From contig HF985561.1 of the NCBI GenBank assembly GCA_000431215.1, positions 39,125 to 103,124 of the forward strand: DNA of 64,000 nucleotides. The letters are read 5' to 3'. Position numbers and translations under genes: made by a program. Below are positions 22,881-34,230 of this stretch, piece after piece. Within the stretch, counting starts at the first letter, position 1. Every line of letters starts with the position of its first letter. Under the pieces are notes generated by a model. That model worked only from the letters and a program-made list of their open reading frames with translations, had not been told where the DNA came from and ran no database searches. The stretch comes from Prevotella sp. CAG:1031 (lineage in GTDB: Bacteria; Bacteroidota; Bacteroidia; Bacteroidales; Muribaculaceae).

Positions 22881-23737
22881 TGACCGAGGTAGGGTTTGAG
22901 AAGTTTGCTGCGCTGGCCTTTAAGCCTGCGGATAGCCTTTTCCTTGATCTGGCGCACGCGCTCGCGGGTAAGATCGAACTTGGCACCGATCTCTTCGAGT
23001 GTCATTTCCTGACAGCCTATGCCGAAGAACATCTTCAGTATGTCGCGCTCGCGTTCGTGGAGCTGACGCAGAGCGCGGTCGACCTCTTTCGACAGCGATT
23101 CCTGAGTCAGGGTGGCGTCGGCCATGGGAGAATCGTCGTTTGTAAGAACGTCGAGAAGACTGTTGTCCTCTCCCTCTACAAACGGAGCGTCGACAGAGAT
23201 ATGACGGCCGCTTACCTTAAGGGTATCGGCGATTTTGTCGACAGGGACATCGAGCCGTTCGGCCAGTTCCTCGGGCGACGGACGACGCTCGTTCTCCTGC
23301 TCGAACTTGCTGAGAGCTTTACCTATCTTATTGAGTGAGCCGACCTGATTCAGCGGAAGGCGCACAATGCGGCTCTGCTCGGCAAGTGCCTGCAGAATCG
23401 ACTGACGTATCCACCAGACGGCGTATGAGATAAACTTGAAACCACGCGTCTCGTCGAATTTGCGGGCGGCCTTTATAAGTCCGAGATTGCCCTCGTTGAT
23501 TAGGTCGGAAAGGCTCAGACCCTGATTCTGATATTGCTTGGCTACCGACACCACAAAACGAAGATTAGCACGGGTCAGCTTCTCAAGGGCGCGCTGGTCA
23601 CCCTGACGGATACGCTGAGCCAGTTCAACCTCCTCTTCTACCGAGATAAGCTCTTCACGGCCAATTTCCTGAAGATATTTGTCGAGCGATGCTGTCTCAC
23701 GGTTGGTGATTGACTTTACTATTTTAAGTTGTCTCAT
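22877..23737 (-). CDS. rpoD: RNA polymerase primary sigma factor (sigma-70/RpoD, short Bacteroidota form)
   Basis: 286 aa; regions 2.x-4.2 conserved ([35 protein letters not shown]). Confidence 0.85.
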   Translation of the reverse strand: MRQLKIVKSITNRETASLDKYLQEIGREELISVEEEVELAQRIRQGDQRALEKLTRANLRFVVSVAKQYQNQGLSLSDLINEGNLGLIKAARKFDETRGFKFISYAVWWIRQSILQALAEQSRIVRLPLNQVGSLNKIGKALSKFEQENERRPSPEELAERLDVPVDKIADTLKVSGRHISVDAPFVEGEDNSLLDVLTNDDSPMADATLTQESLSKEVDRALRQLHERERDILKMFFGIGCQEMTLEEIGAKFDLTRERVRQIKEKAIRRLKGQRSKLLKPYLGQ

Positions 23738-23920
23738 TCTTCTTTGGCTGGTAAATTTCGCGCGAATTTACGATTTTTCTGTTAATATTCGGTTAACGAC
23801 GGCTGAGTTTTCACAATATTTAGCAGTGTAAGTCTTGTATTATTGCCGTCAGTAATATAACGTATGTCCGGCCCGCAATGTGGCGCCGGACACACGTTAT
23901 TTAACTAAAAGGGGCCTTTT

Positions 23921-25225
23921 TTATTTATATTTCACCCAACGCATCAGCTCTTTAAGATTCGGTTTCTTGCCATACATGAAGATTCCGACACGATAGATCT
24001 TTCCTGCCATCCATATAATGAACAGAGTCGAGACTATCAGTATGGCGATCGACAGCACAATCTCCCAGGCGGGGATTCCGAACGGAACGCGAGCCATCAT
24101 TACCATGGGCGACGTCAGCGGGAACATCGACAGCCAGAAAGCCACGGGTCCCATCGGGTCGTTGGCAGCCTGGAAAGAGAATATCAGGCCGAGGATGATT
24201 GGGATAGTGATAATCGTAGTGAGCTGGCTGGCATCCTGAATGTTGTCGATGGCCGACCCGATTGCGGCGAACAGAGCCGAATAGAGAAGGAAGCCGAACA
24301 CGAGGAAGAGCATCAGCACAAACATTATTCCCATCATGTAGCCGATATTGCCGAACATTGCGAAAGCTTTCACGAGATCGATGTCGGAGCTGACGGCGTC
24401 GAGATTTCCGGCATTGGCCGAAGCTATGTCGGCGGCAAGCTCAGGCGGAATGACAGCCGGCAACACAAACGTGATCATCGCTCCCATCAGAACAGTCCAG
24501 ATGACAATCTGGGTCAGCGCCACCAACGCGACACCGACAATCTTGCCCATCATGAGCTGAGAGGGCTTGACACTCGACACAACCAGTTCGAGCACACGGT
24601 TGCCCTTCTCTTCGATAATCGAGGTCATCACCATCTGACCATAGATCAGCAGGAACATATAGAGCACGAATGTCAGCAATATGCCGAGTCCAAAGCTCAG
24701 TCCGGCCGACGATTCCTCGTCGCTCTCCTTGTCGTTTCGCTTGCTCGAAAGAACGATTTCGCTGTGGACTTTGTCGAGAATCTCCGACAGATTGTCAATA
24801 TTATACTGACGCAGACGGATATCCTCGATAGTGGAGTTGATCTGGCCGGTAATATTCTCTTCGAGCGATATCGAAGAAGGGCCGTTGGTGAAGAGCCGCA
24901 CTTTGGCATTCTCAGCCTCGACGACATCGCGCGGAATCACCAGAACACCCGTGCAGTCATCGCGGCGGAGAGCCGAGTCGACAGAAATGCCTGAGGTGGC
25001 GGTGTAACGCACATTCTCGTCACTTTTAAGATGAGGGACTATCACTCCCGAATTGTCGATTACAAGTATATCGCTCTGCGACTGGCCACCGAAGAAGAGC
25101 ATGGCCGAGGGCGCGACCATCAGCATCAGCATCAGCACGGGCATCAGCAGAGTGGTTATCAGAAAACTTTTCTTGGCGACGCGCTCGCGATATTCGCGTT
25201 CAATAACAATGCCGAGATTATTCAT
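23921..25225 (-). CDS. ABC-2 type transporter permease with large extracytoplasmic loop
   Basis: N-terminal TM, about 180-aa periplasmic domain, then 5 TM helices; start MNNLGIV overlaps ATPase stop by 8 nt (ORF-track 25294 start lies upstream, inside the ATPase gene). Confidence 0.6.
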   Translation of the reverse strand: MNNLGIVIEREYRERVAKKSFLITTLLMPVLMLMLMVAPSAMLFFGGQSQSDILVIDNSGVIVPHLKSDENVRYTATSGISVDSALRRDDCTGVLVIPRDVVEAENAKVRLFTNGPSSISLEENITGQINSTIEDIRLRQYNIDNLSEILDKVHSEIVLSSKRNDKESDEESSAGLSFGLGILLTFVLYMFLLIYGQMVMTSIIEEKGNRVLELVVSSVKPSQLMMGKIVGVALVALTQIVIWTVLMGAMITFVLPAVIPPELAADIASANAGNLDAVSSDIDLVKAFAMFGNIGYMMGIMFVLMLFLVFGFLLYSALFAAIGSAIDNIQDASQLTTIITIPIILGLIFSFQAANDPMGPVAFWLSMFPLTSPMVMMARVPFGIPAWEIVLSIAILIVSTLFIIWMAGKIYRVGIFMYGKKPNLKELMRWVKYK

Positions 25226-26183
25226 TGGTAAGCTGATTTTCGGATTCAACATTCGCGCCGGCATTGTTGCTGCCGACGGCGCGGATAAACACATCGTTCA
25301 TCGATGCTGTCGCAGGTGAGAACGAACGCAGTTCGACAGCCTCGTTGGCCGCAGCGATAAGTTCACGCTCGTTTTTATCGGGATTGATCTTCAGCGACAG
25401 CTCGAAGTAGTCTTCAGGGAGTTGCTTTATGTCGAACTCACCGGCCAGCGGGGTCAGCGCTCTGACAAGCCCGGTGGCGTCGCCGCGGAACCTGAAGGCA
25501 TATCGTCCGTGGCAATAGGTGCGCCGGATTTCTTCGACACTGCCCGTCAATATGTTGTGGCCGTTGTTGATAAGCGTGATATTGTCGCATATTTCTTCGA
25601 CACTCGACATATTGTGGGTGCTGAATATGATTGTCGACCCATTGTCGCGCAACCTGAGAATCTCATCTTTCAGAAGATTGGCGTTGATCGGGTCGAAACC
25701 GCTGAAAGGCTCGTCGAAGATAAGCAGTTTCGGCTCGTGGAGCACAGTGACAATGAACTGCACCTTCTGGGCCATACCCTTCGACAGCTCTTCGATTTTC
25801 TTGTTCCACCAGTCCGAAATGCCGAACCGCTCGAACCATGAGCGCAGACGGCGTGTGGCCTCTGCCTTGCTGAGCCCTTTGAGGCGAGCAAAGAACACAG
25901 CCTGATCCCCCACTTTCATTTTTTTGTAGAGACCGCGTTCCTCGGGCAGATAGCCTATGTTCGAGACAAGATCGGCGGTCAGCGGCTTTCCATCGAAAAA
26001 GACTTCGCCGGAGTCAGGTGCCGTGATATGGTTGATGATACGGATCAGTGTGGTCTTGCCGGCACCGTTCGGACCGAGAAGACCGTAGACACTGCCACGC
26101 GGCACTTCGAGCGACACATCGTCGAGAGCCACATGGTTGGTGAACGCCTTGGTGACGTTTTTGACAGACAGGATTGATTCCAC
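25218..26183 (-). CDS. ABC transporter ATP-binding protein
   Basis: Walker A GPNGAGKTT, signature LSKGMAQK, Walker B LLIFDEP; about 100-aa C-terminal extension. Confidence 0.75.
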   Translation of the reverse strand: MESILSVKNVTKAFTNHVALDDVSLEVPRGSVYGLLGPNGAGKTTLIRIINHITAPDSGEVFFDGKPLTADLVSNIGYLPEERGLYKKMKVGDQAVFFARLKGLSKAEATRRLRSWFERFGISDWWNKKIEELSKGMAQKVQFIVTVLHEPKLLIFDEPFSGFDPINANLLKDEILRLRDNGSTIIFSTHNMSSVEEICDNITLINNGHNILTGSVEEIRRTYCHGRYAFRFRGDATGLVRALTPLAGEFDIKQLPEDYFELSLKINPDKNERELIAAANEAVELRSFSPATASMNDVFIRAVGSNNAGANVESENQLTNE

Positions 26184-26302
26184 CTTAATAAAAGAATAGA
26201 GAATAGATTACTTGTTACTTTTACCTCATTAGACGCAACTTTTCCCCGAAAGTTTCACCGGGCAGTTATAAAATTTATAACTCTTATAACTTAGGGCAGG
26301 CT

Positions 26303-26345
26303 GTTGAAAAATAATGCAGCAGGGCGGCGCTCAGCGCCGCCCTGC
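26303..26345 (-). terminator. rho-independent terminator downstream of mutB
   Basis: 12-bp perfect GC stem gcagggcggcgc/gcgccgccctgc with 3-nt loop; U-rich tract on the minus-strand transcript (plus-strand gaaaaataatgc). Confidence 0.4.
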
Positions 26346-26372
26346 CTGTGTCAGTTCTGGGGAGTTCGGTTA

Positions 26373-28508
26373 TCAGTCTTCGGGCTTGAGAAGCTCAAGC
26401 ATCTTGATAGCCGAAGTGGGAATGCGTGTGCCGGGGCCGAAGATGGCTGCTACACCTGCCTTGTAGAGGAAGTCGTAGTCCTGGGCAGGGATAACGCCGC
26501 CGGCGGTGACCATGATGTCGTCGCGGCCGAGTTTCTTAAGCTCGGCGATAACCTGCGGAATGAGCGTCTTGTGTCCGGCAGCCAGAGAGCTGACGCCGAG
26601 GATGTGGACGTCGTTCTCGACAGCCTGACGGGCTGCCTCGGCGGGAGTCTGGAACAGCGGGCCCATGTCGACGTCGAAACCGCAGTCGGCATAACCGGTT
26701 GCTACGACCTTGGCGCCGCGGTCGTGGCCGTCCTGACCCATCTTGGCGATCATGATACGCGGCTGACGACCTTCGCGCTTGGCAAATTCCTCACACATCT
26801 GACGCGCTTTCTCAAAGTCGGCGTCGTTCTTTGTTTCGTTTGAATACACTCCTGAGATTGTTCTGATTACAGCTTTGTAACGTCCGACGACCTCTTCGCA
26901 GGCCGACGAGATTTCACCGAGGGTGGCGCGTACGCCGGCAGCCTTGACGGCGAGGTCGAGAAGATTGCCTTTCTTTGTGCGCACACATTCTGTGATTGCT
27001 TCGAGAGCTTTCTTGACGGCTTCGTTGTCGCGACGGCTCTTGAGATCTTCGAGGCGGGCAACCTGTTCGTTGCGCACTTCGGTATTGTCGATCTCGAGAA
27101 TATCGATGGGATCCTCGTGTTCGAGACGGTATTTGTTGATACCGACGATGGTCTGGCGTCCGGAGTCGATGCGGGCCTGGGTGCGGGCCGAAGCTTCTTC
27201 GATACGGAGCTTGGGAAGACCGGTCTCGATAGCTTTGGCCATACCGCCGAGCTTCTCGATTTCCTGAATATGCTCCCATGCGCGGTGGGCGATCTCGTTG
27301 GTGAGGGCTTCAACATAGTAGCTGCCGGCCCAGGGATCGACCTGCTTGGTGATCATCGTCTCTTCCTGGATATAGATCTGGGTGTTACGGGCGATACGGG
27401 CGCTAAAGTCGGTAGGCAGTGCGATAGCCTCGTCGAGAGCGTTGGTGTGGAGGCTCTGAGTGTGTCCCAGGGCGGCGCCCATGGCTTCGATACAGGTGCG
27501 TCCTACGTTGTTGTAGGGATCCTGCTCGGTGAGCGACCATCCCGATGTCTGCGAGTGGGTGCGCAGGGCGAGCGATTTGGGGTTCTTCGGGTTAAACTGC
27601 TTGACGATCTTTGCCCAGAGCATGCGGGCGGCGCGCATCTTGGCGATCTCCATGAAGAAGTTCATGCCGATAGCCCAGAAGAACGACAGACGCGGAGCGA
27701 ACTGATCGATGCTCATTCCGGCGTTGACACCGGCACGCAGATATTCGAGACCGTCGGCCAGGGTATAGGCCAGCTCGATGTCGGCCGTAGCGCCGGCTTC
27801 CTGCATGTGGTATCCCGAAATCGAGATAGAGTTGAATTTCGGCATATTCTGCGAGGTGAACTCGAAGATGTCGGCGATAATGCGCATCGAGAACTCGGGA
27901 GGATAGATATAGGTGTTGCGCACCATGAACTCCTTCAGAATGTCGTTCTGGATTGTACCGGCCATCTCGTCGAGTTTCGCGCCCTGCTCAAGGCCGGCGT
28001 TGATGTAGAAGGCGAGCACGGGGAGCACTGCGCCGTTCATTGTCATCGAAACCGACATCTTATTCAGAGGAATACCGTCGAACAGAACCTGCATGTCTTC
28101 GATCGAGCAGATCGACACGCCGGCTTTACCTACATCGCCTACAACGCGCTCATGGTCGGCGTCGTAGCCACGGTGTGTAGCGAGGTCGAAGGCAACCGAA
28201 AGGCCTTTCTGTCCCGAAGCAAGGTTGCGGCGGTAGAAAGCGTTCGATTCTTTTGCGGTCGAGAAACCGGCATACTGGCGAATTGTCCAGGGGCGCATGG
28301 GATACATGGCGCTGTAGGGGCCGCGCAGGAACGGGGGCAGGCCGGCTACATAATCGAGGTGTTCAAGCCCTTCGAGGTCGTCTTTGGTGTAGACGGGCTT
28401 CACGGGAATCATCTCGGGGGTGAGCCAGTCTTCACCCTTGGGCAGAGGTGCGTGCTTGTCGCCGAAAGCGTCGCGCGCAATATCGATAGTCTTAAAATCG
28501 GGTTTCAT
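26373..28508 (-). CDS. mutB: methylmalonyl-CoA mutase large (alpha) subunit with C-terminal B12-binding domain
   Basis: 711 aa; N-terminal (beta/alpha)8 CoA-ester domain motifs ([21 protein letters not shown]), C-terminal DxHxxG-type cobalamin domain ([13 protein letters not shown]). Confidence 0.85.
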   Translation of the reverse strand: MKPDFKTIDIARDAFGDKHAPLPKGEDWLTPEMIPVKPVYTKDDLEGLEHLDYVAGLPPFLRGPYSAMYPMRPWTIRQYAGFSTAKESNAFYRRNLASGQKGLSVAFDLATHRGYDADHERVVGDVGKAGVSICSIEDMQVLFDGIPLNKMSVSMTMNGAVLPVLAFYINAGLEQGAKLDEMAGTIQNDILKEFMVRNTYIYPPEFSMRIIADIFEFTSQNMPKFNSISISGYHMQEAGATADIELAYTLADGLEYLRAGVNAGMSIDQFAPRLSFFWAIGMNFFMEIAKMRAARMLWAKIVKQFNPKNPKSLALRTHSQTSGWSLTEQDPYNNVGRTCIEAMGAALGHTQSLHTNALDEAIALPTDFSARIARNTQIYIQEETMITKQVDPWAGSYYVEALTNEIAHRAWEHIQEIEKLGGMAKAIETGLPKLRIEEASARTQARIDSGRQTIVGINKYRLEHEDPIDILEIDNTEVRNEQVARLEDLKSRRDNEAVKKALEAITECVRTKKGNLLDLAVKAAGVRATLGEISSACEEVVGRYKAVIRTISGVYSNETKNDADFEKARQMCEEFAKREGRQPRIMIAKMGQDGHDRGAKVVATGYADCGFDVDMGPLFQTPAEAARQAVENDVHILGVSSLAAGHKTLIPQVIAELKKLGRDDIMVTAGGVIPAQDYDFLYKAGVAAIFGPGTRIPTSAIKMLELLKPED

Positions 28509-28536
28509 TGTTATCGTTTATAAGGGTGAAGATGGA

Positions 28537-30399
28537 TTATTTCAAAAGGCGGCGGTTGAAGTCGAGCAGTGTGTCGAGGACATTGCAGCGGACATGAACG
28601 AAGTCGTTGATGCCGATAGCTTTGAGGTCGTCCATGCAGGCAGGAGCACCGGCAACGACAAATTCTGCGCGGCCGTCGAGATATTTGAAGGCTGCGGGAG
28701 CGAGTTCGGCATATTCGTCGTCGCTCGAGCAGAGGACAACGATGTCGGCTCCGGCTGCGAGAGCGGCGTCGACGCCTTCTTCCACGGTCTTGAAGCCGTT
28801 GTTGTCGATAATCTGATAACCGGCACAGCCGAAGAAGTTGCCCGAGAACTGGGCGCGGGCCAGACGCATGGCGAGATTGCCGATCGTGAGCATGAACACT
28901 TTCGGACGTTTTTCGGCATGTTCGGTTGCAAGGCGGAGAGCTTCGAAGGCACTGGCCGCACGGGTATTGGGAAGGCCCTTGGCCGAAGCTGCTTCTTCGC
29001 CGTGGCCGCATCCGCAGGCATTCGAGCCGGCGTCACAGACGATCTTGTCGGCGGCCATTTCGTTGACATTGGGGAACTGGTTGGTTCCGAGCAGGCTTTC
29101 CTTGCGACGGGCGACGTCGGTGTGGCGTTTGGCCGAGGTCTCGCGGATAACGCTCTGAATCTTGTCGTTGTCGATGTTGGCGAGGAAACCGCCGTTCTCT
29201 TCGACTTCGAGGAATACTTTCCATGCCTGTTCGGCGATTGCTACGGTGAGAGTCTCAACATAATAGCTGCCGCCGGCGGGATCGACAACCTTGTCGAGGT
29301 GGCTTTCCTCCTTGAGAAGGAACTGCTGGTTGCGGGCTATGCGCTCGCTGAAATCATCGGCGGGCTTATAGCAGACATCGAACGGAGTTGTCGTTATCGA
29401 GTCGACACCGGCCAGAGCAGCCGACATTGTCTCGGTCTGGCTGCGCAGCAGGTTGACGTAGGCGTCGTAGATAGTCTGGTTGAAGCGCGAGGTGATAGCG
29501 TGGACGTGCATCTTGCAGCTGCAGTCGCAGGCGGGCTCATATTTCTTGACGATCTGAGCCCAGAGCATACGGGCTGCGCGGAATTTGGCAAGCTCCATGA
29601 AGTAGTTCGAGCTTACACCCATATTGAATTTGATGCGCTTTGCTACTGTGTCAGCGTCGAGACCGGCCTCGGTAAGCATTGTCATCCACTGTGCGCCCCA
29701 GCTCAGAGCATAGCCGAGTTCCTGATAGATATAGGCACCGGCATTTGAGAGCACATAGGAGTCGACTGCCAGAAGGCGCAGACCCTTGACATCGGCGGCG
29801 GCTTCGATCATCTCTTTTGCCATTGCGGCGATATCGCCGGCGAAAGGTTCGCCGTGACGAAGGGCGCGACGCATCGGGTTGAAATCGATCGAACCGCGAA
29901 AATCGGCTGTCCAGCCTTTCTTCCCGAGGAATTCAACGAGAACGCGCGTCAGGCGCAGAGCTGTTTTCGGGCAGCAGCTGAAGTTGATTTCCACAGCGGG
30001 AACATCGATGTCCTTCAGGAGTGTCTCGAGAGTCTCGACAGTGGGCTCGCCTTCGATCTTGAAACCGAGAGAGGTGATGCCTTTCTTGAGCACGTCGAGA
30101 GCCGTGGCATTGCACTGCTCGGGGGTCTCGCCCTGAATCTCCTGGCGTGTCAGCCAGTCGTTGTCGGTGCGTGTGCCGCGTACAAAGGGATACTCGCCGG
30201 GGAGCGATCCTGTTGTTTTCAGGTCTTCGATGTCCTCGCGACGGTACATGGGCTGCACATTGAACCCTTCGGATGTGCGCCAGACAAGTTTCTTGTCAAA
30301 GGGGGCACCTTTGAGGTCAGCCTCTACCTTTGCGCGCCATTCCTCTGTCGAAACAGGCGGAAACATGTCAAACAATCGTTCTTTCTTTTCTTCTGCCAT
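28537..30399 (-). CDS. mutA: methylmalonyl-CoA mutase small (beta) subunit
   Basis: homologous to mutB N-domain but lacking B12 histidine ligand region; start chosen at MAEEKKERLF; directly upstream of mutB. Confidence 0.8.
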   Translation of the reverse strand: MAEEKKERLFDMFPPVSTEEWRAKVEADLKGAPFDKKLVWRTSEGFNVQPMYRREDIEDLKTTGSLPGEYPFVRGTRTDNDWLTRQEIQGETPEQCNATALDVLKKGITSLGFKIEGEPTVETLETLLKDIDVPAVEINFSCCPKTALRLTRVLVEFLGKKGWTADFRGSIDFNPMRRALRHGEPFAGDIAAMAKEMIEAAADVKGLRLLAVDSYVLSNAGAYIYQELGYALSWGAQWMTMLTEAGLDADTVAKRIKFNMGVSSNYFMELAKFRAARMLWAQIVKKYEPACDCSCKMHVHAITSRFNQTIYDAYVNLLRSQTETMSAALAGVDSITTTPFDVCYKPADDFSERIARNQQFLLKEESHLDKVVDPAGGSYYVETLTVAIAEQAWKVFLEVEENGGFLANIDNDKIQSVIRETSAKRHTDVARRKESLLGTNQFPNVNEMAADKIVCDAGSNACGCGHGEEAASAKGLPNTRAASAFEALRLATEHAEKRPKVFMLTIGNLAMRLARAQFSGNFFGCAGYQIIDNNGFKTVEEGVDAALAAGADIVVLCSSDDEYAELAPAAFKYLDGRAEFVVAGAPACMDDLKAIGINDFVHVRCNVLDTLLDFNRRLLK

Positions 30400-30547
30400 T
30401 GTAATAATGAAGCGTTTTTTATGACGGGACAAAGCGCCCCGTAGATAATAGGTTAACTTTGTGACGCAAAATTACAAATGTTTTGTTTCCTCGCAAAAAA
30501 TCCGGCCAAAAATCCGCTAAAAATACCGTTCCGGAGCCCGTGACGGC

Positions 30548-31159
30548 TCAAAGATAGCGCGGTTCGGAGGGTTCGGTCGCCGCCGGATAGAGTCTGACAC
30601 ACCCGTCGAGGTCTCGGGGCGTTTGGTCGACATACTTCACGCTCCAGCGGAACATATATGGCAACAGCCTCCAGAGATTTATTTTCAGGCCCTTTTCAAT
30701 AGGCTCGATCGCGAAGCGGCTTTCGCTGTCGGTCAGGCGCAGCGTTATGTCGCGCGGACGGCAAAGAGCGGTTCCGCGATCGGTCATGTCGGTGTAGATC
30801 TGCCCTATGTAGGTGTCGGCACGGGCTGTCGCCGCGAGATAGCCCATGACTGTTCCGGGACGCACGGCCCGGTCAGGGCTTTCAACAACTACCATAGCAT
30901 ATACCGAGGCACCGGCCGCTCCGGCCCTGAGCTGTCGGCGCTCTATAGCCACACGGCCCCCGTCGGACGCAAAACGCCACAGACCTTCGATGCGCTCCAT
31001 GGCGCCGGCACCGAGTCGGGCAATAACCAAGCTGTCGCTGTCATAGCCTTCGAGACGTTCGGAAACATCAGGCAGGCAGGTCTTCGAGGCGTCGGGACGG
31101 ACGGCCTGACAGACAAACGATGTCAGCAAAGCTATTGTCAGCAGCAGAGTCCGGCCCAT
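30548..31159 (-). CDS. hypothetical secreted protein
   Basis: 203 aa with signal peptide MGRTLLLTIALLTSFVCQA; no family recognised. Confidence 0.45.
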   Translation of the reverse strand: MGRTLLLTIALLTSFVCQAVRPDASKTCLPDVSERLEGYDSDSLVIARLGAGAMERIEGLWRFASDGGRVAIERRQLRAGAAGASVYAMVVVESPDRAVRPGTVMGYLAATARADTYIGQIYTDMTDRGTALCRPRDITLRLTDSESRFAIEPIEKGLKINLWRLLPYMFRWSVKYVDQTPRDLDGCVRLYPAATEPSEPRYL

Positions 31160-31164
31160 GAAGT

Positions 31165-32451
31165 TCAGAGTGTCGAGAACCGATAGTTGAAGCCGAACGA
31201 CAGGACTTCGTTAATCTGCCACAGATGCCATCTGGAATTCTCCACGCGCGGCGTCGACGAGTCGTAGCGCAGTCTGAACTGGAGCTGGGTCGACAGGAAC
31301 CGGTTGATGTCGAAGGTGACGGTATTCTCCCAGTCGCCCTGAATATAGCTGTAGTCGGTGAAGATGAACAGCCGCGTGGTGTAATGGATATTATAATTGA
31401 TAGTAGCCTCGAACTTCACCTCGGCCGAGCTACCGAATTCGTGAGCCACACGATGACCGGCGTCGATATTGTAGTTCACAGGATCCATCCTGCGGTTGAG
31501 GCAGGTCTTCATATTCCACGACAGCGGCGACACCGAGGCGTCGAACTTCACCGTCTTGCGCTTGTTGACATTGCTGTAGGTCATACCGAGACCGACATTC
31601 AGCTCGCCCGGCGACATGAACGCTGCTTTCAGATCGGGATTGTTTATCTCGAAAGAGTGGAAAAACTGGGTCTTGAACATCGCCGTCACCGAATAGAACC
31701 ATTTTTTCGCGGCGCGCACACCGAATTTGGCATTCAGCTGCAAGAGGTCTTCGGCAATATTGTAGTTCCTCAGCGAGTCTTCGGGGGTTCCGTGGATATT
31801 AAGCTTGTATGAGGCAGAAAACTCAGCCAGAAGATTCGGATGATAGTTGCGGTTCAGCTTGACGTCGAAGTTGAGATTGACGAGCATTGTCAGGTTGTTA
31901 GATCCTCCCTGATACCAGTTCGGCGACACGTAGGCCTGGGCGAACTGAAGGCGCCCGTCGAAGAGATGTATCCAGTGGCGTTTCTTGATTTCGTCGGCCT
32001 TGAGCTCGCCGATTTTCGGGGCCGTGATAATTCCGTCGTCTTCAACGAACGTCAGCCGCGCCGTCAGCGGATCGACAACTGCATGATATTTTCGAGGCGG
32101 CTCGGGCAGAAGCGCCTCTACGTAGTGCACCTGTTCCGGATTGGCTATCATGAAGCGCTGTCGCGCCTGACGTATCATGGCGTTCTGGAAAACGGCATCG
32201 TCAAGCCAGTCGAACGCTGTCGACTCGAACAGCGAGTCGCTGGGCGATGGGGTCGTCAGCGACAGCGTGTCGCCGATGTCATAACGGTCGAACACTGCCG
32301 TGCGCAGCTCATAGTCGGGAAGCTGCCTGTGATGCCTGAGCGTTATAAGATAGGGATTGGCCACAACCGAGTCTTCGGCCGCGAAAATGTCCTGAGCTGT
32401 TGCTGAGCCAACAGCGGCGAGCAAGAATGCGATGAAAAGTTTCAGTCTCAT
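31165..32451 (-). CDS. putative outer-membrane (beta-barrel-like) protein
   Basis: signal peptide MRLKLFIAFLLAAVGSATAQ; alternating amphipathic beta-strand-like segments, aromatic-rich C-terminus (SFGFNYRFSTL). Confidence 0.45.
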   Translation of the reverse strand: MRLKLFIAFLLAAVGSATAQDIFAAEDSVVANPYLITLRHHRQLPDYELRTAVFDRYDIGDTLSLTTPSPSDSLFESTAFDWLDDAVFQNAMIRQARQRFMIANPEQVHYVEALLPEPPRKYHAVVDPLTARLTFVEDDGIITAPKIGELKADEIKKRHWIHLFDGRLQFAQAYVSPNWYQGGSNNLTMLVNLNFDVKLNRNYHPNLLAEFSASYKLNIHGTPEDSLRNYNIAEDLLQLNAKFGVRAAKKWFYSVTAMFKTQFFHSFEINNPDLKAAFMSPGELNVGLGMTYSNVNKRKTVKFDASVSPLSWNMKTCLNRRMDPVNYNIDAGHRVAHEFGSSAEVKFEATINYNIHYTTRLFIFTDYSYIQGDWENTVTFDINRFLSTQLQFRLRYDSSTPRVENSRWHLWQINEVLSFGFNYRFSTL

Positions 32452-32595
32452 AATCCGCTGCAAAGTTAGCGAAAAAACGCGCCCTGCCAAAAACCAACAG
32501 GCTATATGTCGTGATTCTGAAAACAACGTGCGCGGCCTGCAAAGCGGGGCCGCCCGATGGGCAGCCCCGTAATGGTCTGGGATGTGTGGGAGGCC

Positions 32596-34230
32596 TCAGG
32601 AGGTCTCTTCACTGTTTTTCGAGCGTTCTTTGGCTTTAGTTTTCGATTTTGTGGCCGACGAGTCGACATCTTTCTCTTCTTTAAGGTCGATCTCTTCGCC
32701 ATTTTTGTCGACGACACGATATTGAAGATAGGCCAGCGACTGATCGGGCATGACACGGAATTTATTACCGTATTCCATTCTCCAGCGCCGATACATGCTG
32801 ATAAGTCCTTTCTTCAGATATGCGTCGACGAAAGGATGGACGTAGAGAATGAACCCGCTCTGGCGCAGATCGCCGGTCAGATATGCCACTTTCTCCTTGA
32901 GGACGTCGGTGAACAGCAGCGACGGTTGCACTTTGCCTTTTCCGTAACACGACGGACAATCTTCGGCTGTCACGATGTCCATTGCCGGGCGCACACGCTG
33001 GCGCGTTATCTGCATCAGTCCGAATTTACTGAGCGGCAATATGTTGTGGCGGGCGCGGTCATTCACCATAAGCTCGCGCATGTGGTCGTAGAGCTTCTGG
33101 CGGTGTTCGGCCTTGTTCATGTCGATATAATCGATGACAATGATGCCGCCCATGTCGCGCAGGCGAAGCTGACGCGCTATCTCGTCGGCGGCGCGCATAT
33201 TGACTTCGAGAGCGTTGGTTTCCTGATCGTTCGAGGCCTTGGAGCGGTTGCCGCTGTTTACGTCTATGACATGGAGAGCTTCAGTGCTCTCGATAATAAG
33301 ATAGGCGCCGCTTTTGAACGAGACGGTTTTTCCGAACGAAGATTTTATCTGCCTGGTTATTCCGAAATGATCGAAGATCGGCTCGGGCTTCTCGTAGAGC
33401 TTTACGATATCGGTGCGCTCGGGGGCGATCAGTTCAACGTATTTGCGAATCTGGCCGTAGACCTCTTCGTTGTTGACATGAATACTTTCGAAAGAGGGGC
33501 TGAAGACGTCGCGCAGCATGCCGACTATGCGGCTTTCTTCTTCAAACACAAGGGCCGGAGGGGTCGCCTTGCGGGCTTTGGCAAGCGTTTCTTCCCAACA
33601 CTTGAGCAGTGTTTTCAGCTCGTTGTTGAGCTCCGCGACCTTTTTACCTTCGGCCGAAGTGCGTATGATTATGCCGAAGTTCTTGGGCTTGATTGCCTCG
33701 AGTATGCGCCGCAGGCGCAGCTTTTCCTCTGTAGTCTTTATTTTCTGGGATATCGAGATCTTGTCACCGAACGGAATGAGAACCATATACCGGCCTGTGA
33801 AAGTGATCTCTGTTGTCAGGCGTGGCCCTTTCGACGAGATGGGCTCTTTAACAATCTGAACCAGAAGCTGCTGCCCCTGCTTGAGGGCGTCGACGATTGT
33901 GCCGTGTTTGTCGATGTCGGCTTCGCGTTTTATGCGCGACACCTGAGGCATTTTATTTTTATCGTCGAGGGCTTCTTCGAGGAATTTGGCGTATGTCGAA
34001 AACTGAGAGCCGAGGTCGAGGTAGTGAAGAAACGCATCTTTTTCATGGCCAACATTGACAAAGGCGGCATTCAGGCCGGGCATGAGCTTTTTAACCTTTG
34101 CCAAATAGATATCACCCACAGCATAGGCCGTAGTGCGCCCCTCTTTCTGGAGAGACACCAGACGCGAGTCTTCGGTCAGAGCTATGGCCACATCCTTTTT
34201 CTGCACGTCGACAATAAGTTCGCTTTGCAT
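32596..34230 (-). CDS. rng: ribonuclease G/E family endoribonuclease
   Basis: 544 aa; S1 domain at N-terminus, catalytic core motifs (HVIDVNSGN, GGIIVIDYIDM), Zn-link CPSCYGKG. Confidence 0.8.
   Translation of the reverse strand: MQSELIVDVQKKDVAIALTEDSRLVSLQKEGRTTAYAVGDIYLAKVKKLMPGLNAAFVNVGHEKDAFLHYLDLGSQFSTYAKFLEEALDDKNKMPQVSRIKREADIDKHGTIVDALKQGQQLLVQIVKEPISSKGPRLTTEITFTGRYMVLIPFGDKISISQKIKTTEEKLRLRRILEAIKPKNFGIIIRTSAEGKKVAELNNELKTLLKCWEETLAKARKATPPALVFEEESRIVGMLRDVFSPSFESIHVNNEEVYGQIRKYVELIAPERTDIVKLYEKPEPIFDHFGITRQIKSSFGKTVSFKSGAYLIIESTEALHVIDVNSGNRSKASNDQETNALEVNMRAADEIARQLRLRDMGGIIVIDYIDMNKAEHRQKLYDHMRELMVNDRARHNILPLSKFGLMQITRQRVRPAMDIVTAEDCPSCYGKGKVQPSLLFTDVLKEKVAYLTGDLRQSGFILYVHPFVDAYLKKGLISMYRRWRMEYGNKFRVMPDQSLAYLQYRVVDKNGEEIDLKEEKDVDSSATKSKTKAKERSKNSEETS

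Noticed and set aside
21672-22883. 403-aa plus-strand ORF antisense to ABC-F gene
   Set aside because: Antisense artefact; the minus-strand product has canonical Walker/signature motifs.
27117-29748. Two long plus-strand ORFs (468 and 442 aa) antisense to mutB/mutA
   Set aside because: Overlap strongly conserved methylmalonyl-CoA mutase genes; low-complexity translation; GC-driven artefacts.
30623-31186. 187-aa plus-strand ORF antisense to the secreted hypothetical protein
   Set aside because: No support beyond an ORF; overlaps a gene with a clear signal peptide on the other strand.
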